Of a stretch of DNA of 64,000 bases, positions 1 through 12,348 are shown in pieces. The translations under genes were made by a program, and so were the position numbers. Below the pieces are notes generated by a model. The model was given only the letters and a program-made list of their open reading frames with translations, did not search any database and was not told the DNA's origin. The DNA comes from Scenedesmus sp. PABB004 (lineage: Eukaryota), in NCBI GenBank assembly GCA_014905635.1, contig JABVCE010000005.1:1178001-1242000 (forward strand). The letters are read 5' to 3'. Position 1 is the first letter of the stretch. Every line of letters begins with the position of its first letter.

Positions 1-1948
1 CGAGGCGGCGGCGGAGCACGACGGCAACATGGCCAAGCTCGTGGGCAGCCTGGGCGAGCTGCGCGGCACGTGCCAGGCGCAGGTGCGGCGGCGCGCGCCG
101 CGCGGTGCGGGCGCAGACGCCATGGCGTCGGCGGCAGCGGCGTGCGCTCGGCACCGCTGCGTGCGACCGCCGGCGGCGCGCGCCCCGCGCCGCCCCGCCC
201 GCAGGCGGCAGAGGTGGCCGAGCACGCCGCCGCGGCGGCGCGGCTGCAGCAGGAGCGCGCGGCACTGCGTGCGCAGCTGCACGCCCAGGACGAGATCATC
301 ACCAAGCTGCAGGCGCGCGCCCGCCGGCGCTGCCCTGGCGCTGGCTCGCTGCCGCGCCCGCCGGCGCCCGCCGCCGCCCGCCGACGCCTGCCGGCGCCCG
401 CCGACGCCCACCGACGCCCGCCGCGCGGCGCCGCCAGACCGAGAAGGGCGTGCTGGAGGCGGCGCTGCAGCACGAGGTCAGCGCGCAGGCGGGGGCGCAG
501 GCGCAGCTCAGCATCGTGCAGGCCAAGCTCGGCGAGGCGGTGGCGGAGCTGGAGCGGCGCTGCGGCGGTACGCGCGCGGGGGGCGGCCGGGAATGCCGGC
601 CGTGGCGCAGCCGGATTGGTGGTGGGCGCTCGCGCGTCCACCCAGGCCCCTGGCCCGCCGCTGCCGGCGCCGCAGCGGCCGAGGCGCGCTGCGTGCAGCT
701 CATGGCGCAGCTGGTGGACGCGCGGCGCCGCCTCGTGGACGCCGTCGTCGACCCGGCGAGCTCGTGCTCGCCCCAGCTGGCAGCGGAGCTGGCGAGCTCG
801 CTCGAGGCCGAGCGCCAGCGCACGCAGTCGGAGCTCTCAGCTGCCCAGGAGCGGGCCAAGAGCCTGGCGGAGGACCTCGGGATCGTTCGAACCCTGCTGC
901 CGCTCGCGTCGCCGCCCGGCGGCGCGCCGGCGGGCAACGGCTCGCTGTCGGCGCTGGCGCAGGTCCTGGCGCAGCGGGACCAGCAGCGGCAGGCGGCGCA
1001 GCAACACCCGGGGCTTGAGCATCACGCAGCGGCGGCGCGCGGCAGTCCAGACCGGCAGCCCTCGCCGGCCTGGCCGCGTGAGCGCAGCCCCGACCGCGCC
1101 CGCGCCGGCGGCGGCGGCTGCGGCGGCGGCCCGGGGACGCTCGCCGGGCTTGTGTGTGAGCTGCAGGCGGACGTCGGCAGGCTGCGGCAGCAGCTGCACC
1201 GCAGCCGGCGCCAGCAGCAGGCGCGCGCCGGGCCGCAGCAGGGCAGCGCGTGCGGCAGCCCGGCGCGGCAGGCCCCCGGCGGCGCGTGCGGGGCTTCGCC
1301 CGACCGCGCCAGCGGCGCCTGCGCCGCCGCCGAGGAGGCGGGCGGCATGGCGGGCGCGCTGAGGCACCTGCTGCTGCGCACGGAGCGGCTGAGCGCGGAG
1401 AACGGCGCGCTGAAGGTGATGGTCAGCGGCGGCTCGCCCGCGCGCGCTGGCCGCAGCCGCCGCGACCCGGGGCGGGGGAGCGTTGAGAGCGACGACGGCG
1501 TGGCGAGCTGCGCAGCTGGCAGCAGCCTGGCGGGCAGCCTCGGCCCCGGCTCCCCGGCCTGCGGCACGCCGCACGGCAGGCGGGCGAGCCGCCCGGCGCG
1601 GCACGGCGGCGCGGGGGCAGCGCGGAGCGACAGCTGCGGCGCGTCGCCCCGGGCTCACCGGGGCCGGAGCTGCGCGCGTGCAGCAGCCCGGAGCCGTCTG
1701 CAGCGCAGCTGGCGCACGCCGCGCCGCGCGGCAGCGGGCTCGAGCTCCTCGAGCGCGTGCTGGCGAGCTGGCCGGCGGACCCCAGGCTCCTGACGGAGCT
1801 CATCGCTGCGGCCGGCGCGGCGCGGCTGCGCGGCGGGCCCGGCGGCGCCAGCCCCGCCCGGGCGGCGTTGGCGCGCGAGCAGCTGCGGCGGCTGGCGGCG
1901 CTGTCCCCCACGCGGTCGCGGCTGCTGCGGGCGCTGGCGGGCGGGTGA
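1..1948 (+). CDS. Coiled-coil hypothetical protein, 5'-partial, multi-exon; 3' part needs a frame change near 1580-1660
   Basis: Introns 83-204, 313-437 (GC donor) and 568-675 join a heptad-rich reading (AAEVAEHAAAAARLQQERAALRAQLHAQDEIITKLQ|TEKGVLEAALQHEV...). The coding-like C-terminus (GLELLERVLASW...RALAGG*) lies in another frame ending at 1948. No family recognised. Confidence 0.6.
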
Positions 1949-2286
1949 TCAGGGGCAAAGCGCACGGCCGATCACAGGCGGCTGCGCTGGAAAGCGTTTT
2001 TGCCTACGTGCCTGTCATGCGGGCTCTGTGTTCACCTGGGCGTCTGCCGGCGCGGGCGTCAATCGGCGCTCCGCGCTCGCATGCGGCCGGTGACCACACC
2101 CGCGCCGCCGCCCCCCACTCGGGCAGCGCGCACGCGAAGAACAGCTTGCGCGGCAGCTGCACCCGCCCGCGCTCGCCGCGCGGCGCCGCCGCGCCGGCGA
2201 CAGCGTGCTGAACGTCTGCAGCCGCCCGGCGATGCGCGGAGCGTGATCTGGCCGCGTGCGCCGGGAGCGCGCGACCGCAATCACCG

Positions 2287-5200
2287 ATGGCCGCACGCGC
2301 CCCCGCGCTGGGCCTTCCCAGCCCCGAGGAGCTGGTGTGGGCAAAGGTGGGCGGCCGACGGGGCGACCGCGCTCCCGTGGGCCATGCCGCGGCGCCGGGG
2401 CGCGCGGGGCGCGGCCATCTGCGTCGGCACCAACAGCCCTCACTCGCTCGATCGCGCCGCGCAGGTGCCCGGCTGGCAGTGGTGGCCCGCACGCACGCTG
2501 GACGACGCCGGAACGGCGAGCCGGGCAGCCCGCGGCTCGCGGGGTGGCAGCCGCGAGGCGACACCGCAGCGGTCGCGCGGCGGCGCCGCGGGCAGCCGCG
2601 AGGCGACGCCGCAGCGGTCGCGCGGCGGCGGCGGCGGCGGCAGCCGCGAGGCGACGCCGCAGCGGACGACGCAGCGGGAGCAGGTGGTCCTCTTCCTCGG
2701 CGACCGCACCGTCGCGCGCGTGCCGCCCAACCCGCCGCCCTTTGGCGAGCACTACGCGCGCTTCGTGCCCAGCACGTACGGAAACAAGGTGCGGCGGCGG
2801 CACCTCTGGAGGCGCCCGGCGGGCCGCGGACCGTCGGCTGTGCGGCGGGGTTTTGGGGGCCGCCGGCGGCGCTCACGCGCCCGCGCGCCGCGCCGCTTGC
2901 GCGCCCGCAGAAGCTGTTCCAGGCGGTGGAGGAGGGCCGCGCGCTGCTGGCCGATGGCGCGGAGGGCGGCACGCCGCTGCTGCCGTACCCGCCGCCGGTG
3001 CGCGAGGACCTCAAGCGCGGCGGCCGCCAGCTGCTGGCGTGGCTGCGTCACGCGGCGGTGGAGCCCGCGGTGCGTTGGCGCGGCGCGGCGCGGCGCGGCG
3101 CGGCGCGGCCTGCGGGCAGAGGCGCCGCGGCGCCGCCGCTCGCGCGCTCACGTATCCCCCGCGTCCGCGGCGGCAGGCGGCCACCAACAAGCTGAGCGAC
3201 CAGGCGAACAAGCGCGTGCTGCACGCAGTGCGCAACAACCGCAGCGTGGCCGAGGTGCGTGCTCAGCGCCGCGGCCGCAGCGCGCGGGCCGCAGCGCGCG
3301 GGCTTGCAGCGCGTGGGCTTGCAGCGCGCCGCCGCCGCCGACGACGACTGCGCGCTGCGCGGCCGCAGGACATGCGGCCCGTGCTGCTGGCGCCCGAGGG
3401 CCAGGCGGCAGGCGGAGTCGCGGCCGGCGACGCGGCAGCCGCCTTGGCGCTGGATGACGCTGCGCGGCTGCCGAAGCGGCAGCGCAAGCAGCAGTCGTGG
3501 CTGCAGCTGCTGGGCGGGCGCGGCAGTCGCGAGGCGGCGGCCACTTTGGCGGCGGTGCCGGACGAGGCGGGCGGGGCGCGGCTGCCGCCCGGCGCGCCGC
3601 GGCAGCCCGCCACCGGCGGCGGCGGCGGCGGGCACCTCGCCCAGCTGCGCCAGCAGCAGCTCGAGCGCATGCGCCAGCAGCTCGACCACGCCGGCGGCAG
3701 GCCGGCGGCGGGCGGCGCGCTCGGCGCGGGCGGGGGCGGCCGCAGCGGCGCGGGGCGCGAGCGCAAGCGCACTGCGCTCGCGCTCGCGGCGGAAGAGGCG
3801 GCGGTGGACTCCGACTCTGACGGCGCGGGCTTCAGCGGGAGTGACGAGGAGGGGCCAAGCAGCGAGGAGGCCGGCCTCAGCGGCCTGAGCCAGGACGAGT
3901 CCTCGGACGGCGAGCTCGAGGGCGGCGCCACGCCGCGCCGGCGGCAGCGTGGCGGCTGGCCGGCGCTGCGCACGACGCCGCCGCCGAAGCGGCGCCGCGT
4001 GGCCGGCGCGCGCCCCGGCGCACGCCGCGGGCCTGGGGCCGCGTGGGACGCGGCAGGCGCCGACTCGAGCGGCAACGACAGGCGCGAGGAGAGCGGCGGG
4101 CGGCGGCGTGCGGAGGCGCTGCACCGCCTGGACGGCCTCGGCCCGCATGGCAGCGACGGCGGCGCGTCTGACGGCGCCAGCTCCGACGACGGCGGCGGCG
4201 CCGCCGCGCAGCGCCGCGGCCGGCGGCACGGCAGCAGCTGCAGCCAGCGCCAGCGCGCGGCGGACGCCGCGGCCGCAGCGGCCGCGGCGGCTGCGGCCGT
4301 GGCCGCCGCGTTTGGCGGCGAGCCCCGCAACGCCAGCGGCTCCGCGTTTGCCGCTGCGCTGGCGGGCGCGGCCCGCCTGCGTGCGCACAGTGCCGCCGCG
4401 GGCAGCGCGTGCACCTGCGCCGGCGCCGGCCTCATGGCCGCGCTGTGCCCGCGCTGCGTGTCGAGCCCCGCGCTGCTCGGCGGCGCCAGCGCCGGCGGCG
4501 CTGCGCCGCCCAGCCGGCTGCGCCTGCCCGGCGCCGCGCCGCACCGCTGGCGGGCGCCGGGCGCCGGCGGCGGGGCCCCGGCGCTGCTCGCCGGCGGCAG
4601 CGGCGGCTGCAGCAGCAACAGCATGGATCACATGGAGCACTGCCTCGCGCTGCTGGGCGACGACGAGAGCGAGCAGATGCAGCAGCGGCGGCCGCCGCCG
4701 CCGCCCGCCCTGGAGCTCGAGGAGCACTCGCTGGTGGAGCTGGGCGGCCTCGCGCCCGAGGGCCTGCTCAGCCCCTTTGGCTGTGCCCAGGTTGACCTCG
4801 GCGGCGGCCCGCCGCTGCCGCGCGCCGCGGCCGCCGCGCAGAGCAGCGGCGCGTCGGGTGGCAGCGCCGGCGCCGCGACGACGGCGGTCTGCCTCGGCGC
4901 GGGCGGGCCGCGGCCGCCCTCGCCGCTGCCGGGCGCGGCCGACATCGCGGCGGCGGCGCCGCACGTCGGCGCGGAGCTGCTGCCCACGCTGGAGGAGGAC
5001 CTGCGACACGCGGCGGCCATGTTTGGTCCTGCCGACGCGCCCGCGAGCCCCGCGCGCGACGCGTGCACGCTGCACAACAGCCACTCCTGGCAGGCGCGGC
5101 ACATGGAGCTGCTCACGCTGCAGCAGCACGGCGGCGCCGGCGCGGGGGCGGCCGCACCGGCGGCTGCGGGCAGCGCGCACTCGGGCTCGCGCCCGGCCGG

Positions 5201-6671
5201 CGGCGGCGCCGCGAGCCACCCTGACAGCCCCTGCAGCTGCTCCCACGCGGCGCTGGCGCTCGGCGACTGGGAGCGCGGCGGCTGGCGCGAGGGCCCGCAC
5301 GGCGACAGCGCCGGCGGGGCGCACGACCTCGCAGGGCGCGCGCTGCGCGCCGCCGCGCAGCGCGCCGCGCCGGCGCCGGCGCCGGCGCCGGGTAGCGCCA
5401 CGGGCGGGCTCATCCCGGACGGGGACGCCGCCAGCGGCGGGCGCAAGCTGCCGGTGCTGGACCTGCAGGGCCAGCTCACCGCGGCGCGGCGGGACAACAA
5501 GTCGCTGCGGCACCAGCTGGCGTCGGCCAACAGCCACCTCACGCGCCAGGCGAAGCAGCTGCAGCAGCAGGCGGGCGAGCTCATGGCGTTGCGGGCGCTG
5601 GTGGCGCAGCTGCAACGCAAGCGCGTCGCCCCTGCGGCCGCGGCGGGCCGCAAGCGCGCGGCCGCCGAGGGCCCGGCCGCGCCGTCCGCTGCAGAGCCCG
5701 CGGCGCCAGGAGCGGCGGCGGGCGGCGAGCCCGGCGCGGCGGCGCCCGGCGCAGTCGACCCGCCTGGCAGCGGCCGGGGTCGGGGCCGGGGCCGCGGGGG
5801 GCGCGGCCGCGGGCGCGGGGGGCGCTGGGGTGCCAGGCCGAGCGAGGCAGCGGTCGGGGTGCAGCCCGCGCCCGCCGCGCCCGCGGCCGCCGCGCCGCCT
5901 CCGGCCAGCGCGGCAGGGCAGGAGCCTGCCGGCGCCGCTCAGCCGGCTGACACGGCGACCGGCGACGCGGCACAGCAGCAACAGCAGCAGCAGCAGCAGC
6001 TGGTGGTGCAGGTGAAGCAGGAGGTGCAGCCGGGCGCCCCGATCGGCGACGCCGTGGCCGTGGTGCCGGGCGGCGCACGCGGCGGCCTCGGCCTCGGCCG
6101 CGGCCGCGGTCGTGGCAGGCGCGGCGGCGGCGGGGGCCGCAGTGCGGGCCGGGGCACGCTGGCAAAGCTGGCGCACGCGGGAGCGGCCCCGGCAGCGACG
6201 GCGGGCCCAGCGGCAGACGTCGTGCAGGGCCAGGCTGACCAGGGCGCGCAGGCGGCGGCACCGTCGGCTGCAGAGGTGTTCGCGCGGCGCCCGCTGGGCC
6301 TGCAGCTGCAGAGCCCCGCGGTCACCGCGCAGGCGCTGGCGGCGGCGGTCGCCGCGCTTACCGGCGCGCAGCAGCAGCAGGCCGGCGGCGCCACCGCGTC
6401 GGCCGCGTCCGCGCAGACGGCGGCGCCGGCGGCGCCGGCGCCCGCGGGCGGCCTGTTTGCGCTGGCGGGCGCCCACGGCGCGCTCGGGCTGATGCTGCAG
6501 GGGTCGCCGCCCACGCTGCTGCCGCTGAGTGCGCTGAGCAGCTTGATGGCGTCGGTGCCGGCCGCTTTTGCTGCCCGGCCGCTGCCGGCGGCGGCGCCGG
6601 TGGCCGCGCCGGGCGCCCAGGAGCTCGCGGCGTCTGCGGCGCCGGGCGTCGCCGCAGCGGCGGCGCCCTAG
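2287..6671 (+). CDS. PWWP-domain protein with a long low-complexity C-terminus, a coiled coil and GRG/RGG motifs (putative chromatin protein)
   Basis: Exons 2287-2346, 2465-2788, 2911-3069, 3177-3254, 3369-6671 (all GT-AG). Spliced N-terminus reads LVWAK|VPGWQWWPAR...VVLFLGDRTVARV...KLFQAVEEG, a PWWP-like signature. Confidence 0.8.
2546..2665 (+). repeat. Three coding tandem copies (45-48 bp period) of GSREATPQR(SRGG)
   Basis: ggcagccgcgaggcgac(a/g)ccgcagcgg at 2546, 2591 and 2639. Confidence 0.85.
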
Positions 6672-7131
6672 TGAGTGTGCATCGGTGGTCTGGGCTGAGC
6701 GAAGGAAAAGCCCGTGTGCCTTGAATCCTGGTTGGTGCGGCTGGCTGAGGGGGAGGGGGAGGGGGAGGAGGCTCGCAGCCCTGCGCGCCGGGTGCGTGGC
6801 CGCAGCGCCCACCCCGGTGAGCGCTCCACCCAGCACTCTGCGCGTGGCCAGGGATACGCTTGCCCCGCGCACGGCTGTGGCACGCCTGACTGACTTTTTC
6901 TGGTGCGCGTTGTGTGTGGCGCGCTCGCCTGCAGGACTGGCCACAGGGCCGCGCCGGCCGCCCGGCGGCACCCATTGTGCCGCCCATTTTGCATCGCAAG
7001 CACCGGGGCTCATTGCACGTTGCCCGGCCGGCAGAGAAGGAATGACGAGCTGCGCGCCGCCGCAAGGAAACACAGATGCGCCCCACGCCCAGCCCGCCCA
7101 GCCCGCGCTCAGCCCCGCCACGCTGGTGCGC

Positions 7132-7224
7132 TCACTCCCAGTCGAACGCGCCGCCGCCGCCGAGCAGCTGGTCGGGGTCGGGGCGCGCGTCGCCGCCCGC
7201 GCCGGGCGGGGCGCCGCACCACGG

Positions 7225-7256
<32 letters not shown>

Positions 7257-10200
7257 GCCCGCCGGCGATGAGGTGGCTGAGCCCCAGGCCGTGCAGCACC
7301 TGGCGCTCGAGCATCACGTACTCAGCGTCTGCGGCGGCGGCGGCGGCGGGCGGCGGCGAGGACGCGGCGCCAGCCTCGGTTGGCAGGCGCGCCCGCCGGC
7401 GCGCACGGCGCGCGGGCGCGGGGGCGACGCGGGGGCGTGCTGGTGGCGGGGCGCACCCGGGTCCTCGGGGAAGTGCGTGTGCAGCGCGTTGGACCAGCCG
7501 ACGAGGCTGCTGCCGCACATGCTCGAGTCGAGCACCAGCACCGCCATGACCGCGTCCTGCTGCCCCACGCGCCCGCGCGCGCACAGCCGCGCGTGCGCCT
7601 GCAGGGCCGCGCGGGGCGCGGCAGGGAGGGGGTCGCCGCCGCGGCCTCGCGGCGGCGCGGGCGCCCGGCGGCGGCGCCCGGCGGCGCGCGCGCGGCGAGG
7701 CGCGTGCCGGCCGCCGTACCTGGCTGACGCGGACGAGCGACTCGAGCATGCGTATCGTCGTGCGCGCCTGGCTGCGCTCCTCGGCGCGGCGCTGCTGCTG
7801 GTAGTAGGCCAGGATGACCTGGGCGGGTGGGTGTGGGCGGGTGGGGTGGGCGGGTGAGTGTGAATGAGTGAGCATGAGTGAGTGTGCGTGAGCGTGTGCG
7901 TGTGCGTGTGTGTGTGAACGGTGGGGGGTTTGACAGGGCAGGGCTGCGGACAGCTGCGCGACCGCCTGCTCGGTGGCGGGCCGCCAGCGCGCGCGCGCGC
8001 CTGCTCGGCGGCGTCGTCCATGCTGATGTTTGGGTTGGCCGCCTTGGCCCAGGCCACGTAGCCGCGCAGCTCCTCCACGCTCCACCCGTGCAGCGCGCGC
8101 ACAAACGGCTGCGCCGCCTGCGCGCGGCGGGGCGGCGAGGCGGCGGCGCGTGGTGACGCGTGGGTGACGCGCGGCGCGGGGGCCGAGGCGCGGCGCAGCG
8201 CGGCGGGGGAGCGAGCTGGGTGCGGGGCGCGGCGCTGGATGGCTGGGCCGCGTGCCTGCTGGTGGTTGCTGAGCACGTGCTCCGACACGATCCGGTCCCA
8301 CGTGGGCTCGTGCTGGTCCAGCAGCAGCAGCACAACGTCAAACCTGCGCGGCGGCCGGCGCGGCGCGTGCGGGGCTGGGCTGGGCGCCGCGCGCCCGCCC
8401 GCCCGCGCGCGCGGCCGCCGCGCCGCGCCTGCTGAGCAGCGGCCCCGACAGCGACGTCGCCGCGACGCCCGCGCACGCGCCGCCGTGCTTAAACGCGCCC
8501 TTGGTGGGGTTTGTCACGCCCAGCACGCTCGTGCGCGTGCTCAGCGTCGTCACCATGCCCGCCTGCGGCCGCGGGCGGCGACGGGCGCGGCGCAGCGGGG
8601 CTCAGGGCTCGGGGCTCGCGCCCCGCGCCCCGCGTGCCGCCCCGCGCGCCGCGCCGCGCGCCGCGCGCCGCGCCTTTGCAATGTGCAGCGTCTGCTGCTC
8701 CATCGCCTCGTGGATCATCGCGCGGTCGGCCTCGCGGATGCACTCGAACTCGTCGATGCAGCACAGCCCGCCGTCGGCGAGCACGAGCGCGCCCGCCTCG
8801 AGGCTCCACGCGCCGCCCTCCTTCATCGCCGACACCGTCAGCCCCGCGCCCGTGGTGCCGCGGCCGGTCGTGACGACCGCGCGCGGCGCCATGCGCGCAG
8901 CAAACTTCATCACCTGCGACTTGCCCGTCCCGGGGTCGCCGATGAGCAGCATGTGCACCTCGCCCCTGCGCGACACACAGGGCGCGCGCGGAGCTGTGGA
9001 GCCAGCGGCTGGAGGGCGCGTGCAGGCTCCGACGGCCGCGCGCGCGGCCGCGGCGGCGGGCGGCGCGCGCCGCGCGGCCGCGCGGCCGCGGCACGCGCGC
9101 GCGCACCGGATGTGCGCGCCCGCGTCGTCGCGGCGCGCGCAGCCGCCGATGAGGGTGAGCGCGACCGCGAGCTTGACGAGGAAGAGGCCGTAGATCTGGG
9201 GGCACACGCTGGCGAGGATCTTGTTGCGGCCCTTGAGCGGGCAGGACGCGTGGTACGACCAAAAGTCGCTGGCGGGCGGGCGGGCGGCGGCGTGTGTGTG
9301 CGTGCGTGTGCGTGTGAGTGTGTGTGAGTGTGGTGGTGGGTGTGGGTGGGTGGGTGTGGAGCGCGCAAGGCACGGCGGCGGGGGGCGGGGCGGGCGCGCG
9401 GCGCGGCGGGCGCGCACCGGAACTGCTCCTGCAGCCCCTCCGGCGGCGGCGCGGCGGCGCGGTGCAGGCTGCTGACGCAGCGCAGCTGGCACGCGCGCAG
9501 CGTGAGCGTGCCGTCGCAGCGCGCGCCGGGGAAGAGCGGCCGCCAGTCGGCGCACACCACGCCCGTGACCTCCACGTCGTCTGCGCCGGCGGCGCGGCGC
9601 GCGCGCACGCGTGTGTGTGGGCGGGCGCGCCGCCCGCCCCCCGCGCGCCCCCCGCCCCCCCCCCCCCCCCCCCCCCCCCCCGCGTCGCCCCCCGCGCCCG
9701 CGCTCTCCCCCGTCGTGGCGCACCCCCGGGCTGGCAGGCGTCGGCGAGCTCGTCCTGCAGCAGCACCGTCATGCTCGCCGGCACGCTGCCGGGCTCGAGG
9801 CACTGCAGCTGCTGCTGCACGCGCAGCTCCTGGTGGTTGGTGTAGCACGTGCCGCCGGGGCCGTCGTCGGGCCGGAAGTTGGCCCCGCTGCACGGCGCCG
9901 CGCCCTCGGACGGGCACTCGAGCGGCAGCTCGTACGCCACGCTGCCGCTGCTCGGCTCCGCGGTGTTCTTCAGGATGAACCTGGAGGTCACACGCGCGCG
10001 GCGCGCCGCTTGGGGACGACGGGCGGCGGCCGCGGCGGCCCGGCCGACGCGCGCCGCGCGGCCGGCCCGCGCCGGGCAGCCTGCGCGCGGCCTTGCAGGC
10101 AGGCCGGGCAGCGCGCGGCCGCCGCCGCACCGGTGCTTGCACTTGTTGCAGGCAAAGACCTTCTGCGCCTCAAACATCTTCACCGGCCCCGCCTTGACCA

Positions 10201-10855
10201 CGGTGCCGCGGATCGCGACCAGGCGCCCCAGGTGCGCGCTGCCCATGGCGCTGATGCCGGGGCTGAGGCGGTTGGGCTCGGGGTCGAGGCTGTACGGCAG
10301 GCTGTGCGGCCGCACGTGCGCGTTGGGCTTGACCGCCATGCGCGACCGCTCGGGGTGGCGCTCCAGCACCAGCTCCTGTGCGTGTGCGCGCGCGCGGCGC
10401 GCGCGCGCCGCGACGGCGGCCGTCGTGCAGGCCGCCACCCGCGCGGCAGCGCACGCCGTCCTGCAAGCTGACGACGGTGTCCTGCGCGCCGTCGCGCGGC
10501 GCGCGCCGGCCGCGCACGCACCTGCGCCGCGACCAGGGCGTCCTCCAGCGCCTCCAGCATGGCCTGCGGCTGCGCCACCAGCGCCGCCGCGAGGCGCGGC
10601 TGCTCCTGCAGCAGCGCGACGACGTCCAGCGGAACGCCGTAGTGCTCGTCCAGCTCGGCCGCCGCCAGCGCCGCCTCTATGCCCTGCGGACCGGCCCGGC
10701 GGCCGGGGGTGAGCTGCGCGCGCTGCCGCGGCCGCGGCCGCGCGCCGTTTGAACGCCGCGCCGCGCCGCCGCCGGCAGCAGCGCGCGCCCACCGGCTGGC
10801 ACAGCGCCGCCAGCACCGGGGCGATCGCGGAGGGCTCCAGGTTTGCCACGGGCAT
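7132..10855 (-). CDS. MCM9: DNA helicase MCM9 (about 13 exons)
   Basis: Spliced product has a zinc-finger region (FACNKCKH), [22 protein letters not shown], Walker [46 protein letters not shown] and [20 protein letters not shown]. These details fit MCM9 better than MCM2-7. Confidence 0.9.
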
Positions 10856-11394
10856 GGCGGCCAGCTCGACCGCACAGGCTGCGGCACGCGCAGGCCGGGC
10901 GCGGCGCTGCGCACGCGAGCAGCGGCCGCCGCCGCGCGCTGCGTGCCGCGCGAGCCCTGGCGCGGCCTGCTGCAGCGCCAGCGGTGCCGTCGTCGTCACC
11001 GCGCGGTCATTGGGCGGGTCGTGCAGAGAGTCGCAGAGAGCGAACGAACCAGTGAGTGTTGGGTCAGCTCCAGGTCCAGGTCTTGGCGGCGGCGCCGCGC
11101 CGCGCTGCGCCGCGCCCACTGCCGTCTCGCCGGTGACGCGTACGGGCACACGCCTGGCTCCCGGTCCAGGCGCCCACACGCTTGCATCGCGGGCTAGCCG
11201 ACCGCACGAACAGCGGGCAGCAGACCCGCGCGACTGCAGCGCGGAATCGGCAGCCTTTGCCTGGGACGACATCGCGAGCCGTCAGCGCTCCTCTCGGCGG
11301 ATCAGCGGCCTGGCGCCGCAGCAGAGCTGTGCGCGGGACGAGGCCCCGCGCTGCGCCCGCCGGGGGCGCGCAGCAGCCCGGCGGGCATCGCAGG

Positions 11395-12300
11395 ATGACC
11401 AAGGTGCGTGCGGTCGTGCTCGGGGCATGCCTGTGGCAGCCGAGACGGCCAGGACGGGCCGTGCGCGGGACGGCAGCAGCCCGCTCGCGCCCCGGCCCCA
11501 GCACGGCCTTCCGGCCCGTCCTGATGCCTCCGGGGGCACCAGCAGCCTGCAGCGGCGCCGGGGCGCGCGGCGCAGGGCAGGGGAGCGCGCCCGCGGAGCG
11601 GCGGCGGCGCCGGCGCGGCGTGCCTGCGCGTGCGGCGGCATGCCCGCCATCGGCGCTCCCGCCAGCGCGCGCCGCTGCCGCCCAGGCTGCGCCGCCCGCC
11701 CTGCCGTACACAGGAGGTGGAGCTGAGCGAGGCGGCGTGGCTGGCGGCGGTGAGCGGCAGCGACGAGGTCTCGGCTGACGCCAGCGGGCCGTGCCGCAGC
11801 CTGCTGCACCGGCGCGTGGACCTGCAGCTGCAGGAGTGAGTGCGGCGGCGGGGCGCCACGCGTGCCGCAGGGCACTCCCGCAGCATGCGCGCCCCCGACT
11901 GACCCTCTGCGCCCGCCGCGCGCAGGTACGAGGCGCACCAGGCTGAGGTGGCCGGTGCGCTGAAGGCCGCGGGGCTCGAGGTGGAGCTCCCCGAGCCGGT
12001 GTGGCTGCAGCCGGGCGAGCCCGGCGCCGCCGCCGTGCAGCTGGCGGCATGGGAGCGCGGGCGGATCACCGCGCTGGGCTTTTTCCGCCACATTCCCCTG
12101 GACGCCGCCGGCGGCGCGCTGGCGGACCTGCCCGCGCAGTCCGTGTGCTTCATGCGCATCGTGCTGCAGCGCGAGCCGCCGCCGGGCGCGGGCGCGGGCG
12201 CGCCGCGGCAGTGCTGCGTCGTCGAGCTCTGGCCCGGCCACGGACACAGCGACTTTGTGCTGATGCTCGACGCGCTGCCGCCGCAGCAGCAGCAGCAGCC

Positions 12301-12348
<48 letters not shown>

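Noticed and set aside
10455..10481. Possible micro-exon DTVVSLQDG in MCM9 intron 2
   Set aside because: It would need an upstream intron of about 40 nt and is not required for frame; cannot be supported without RNA data.
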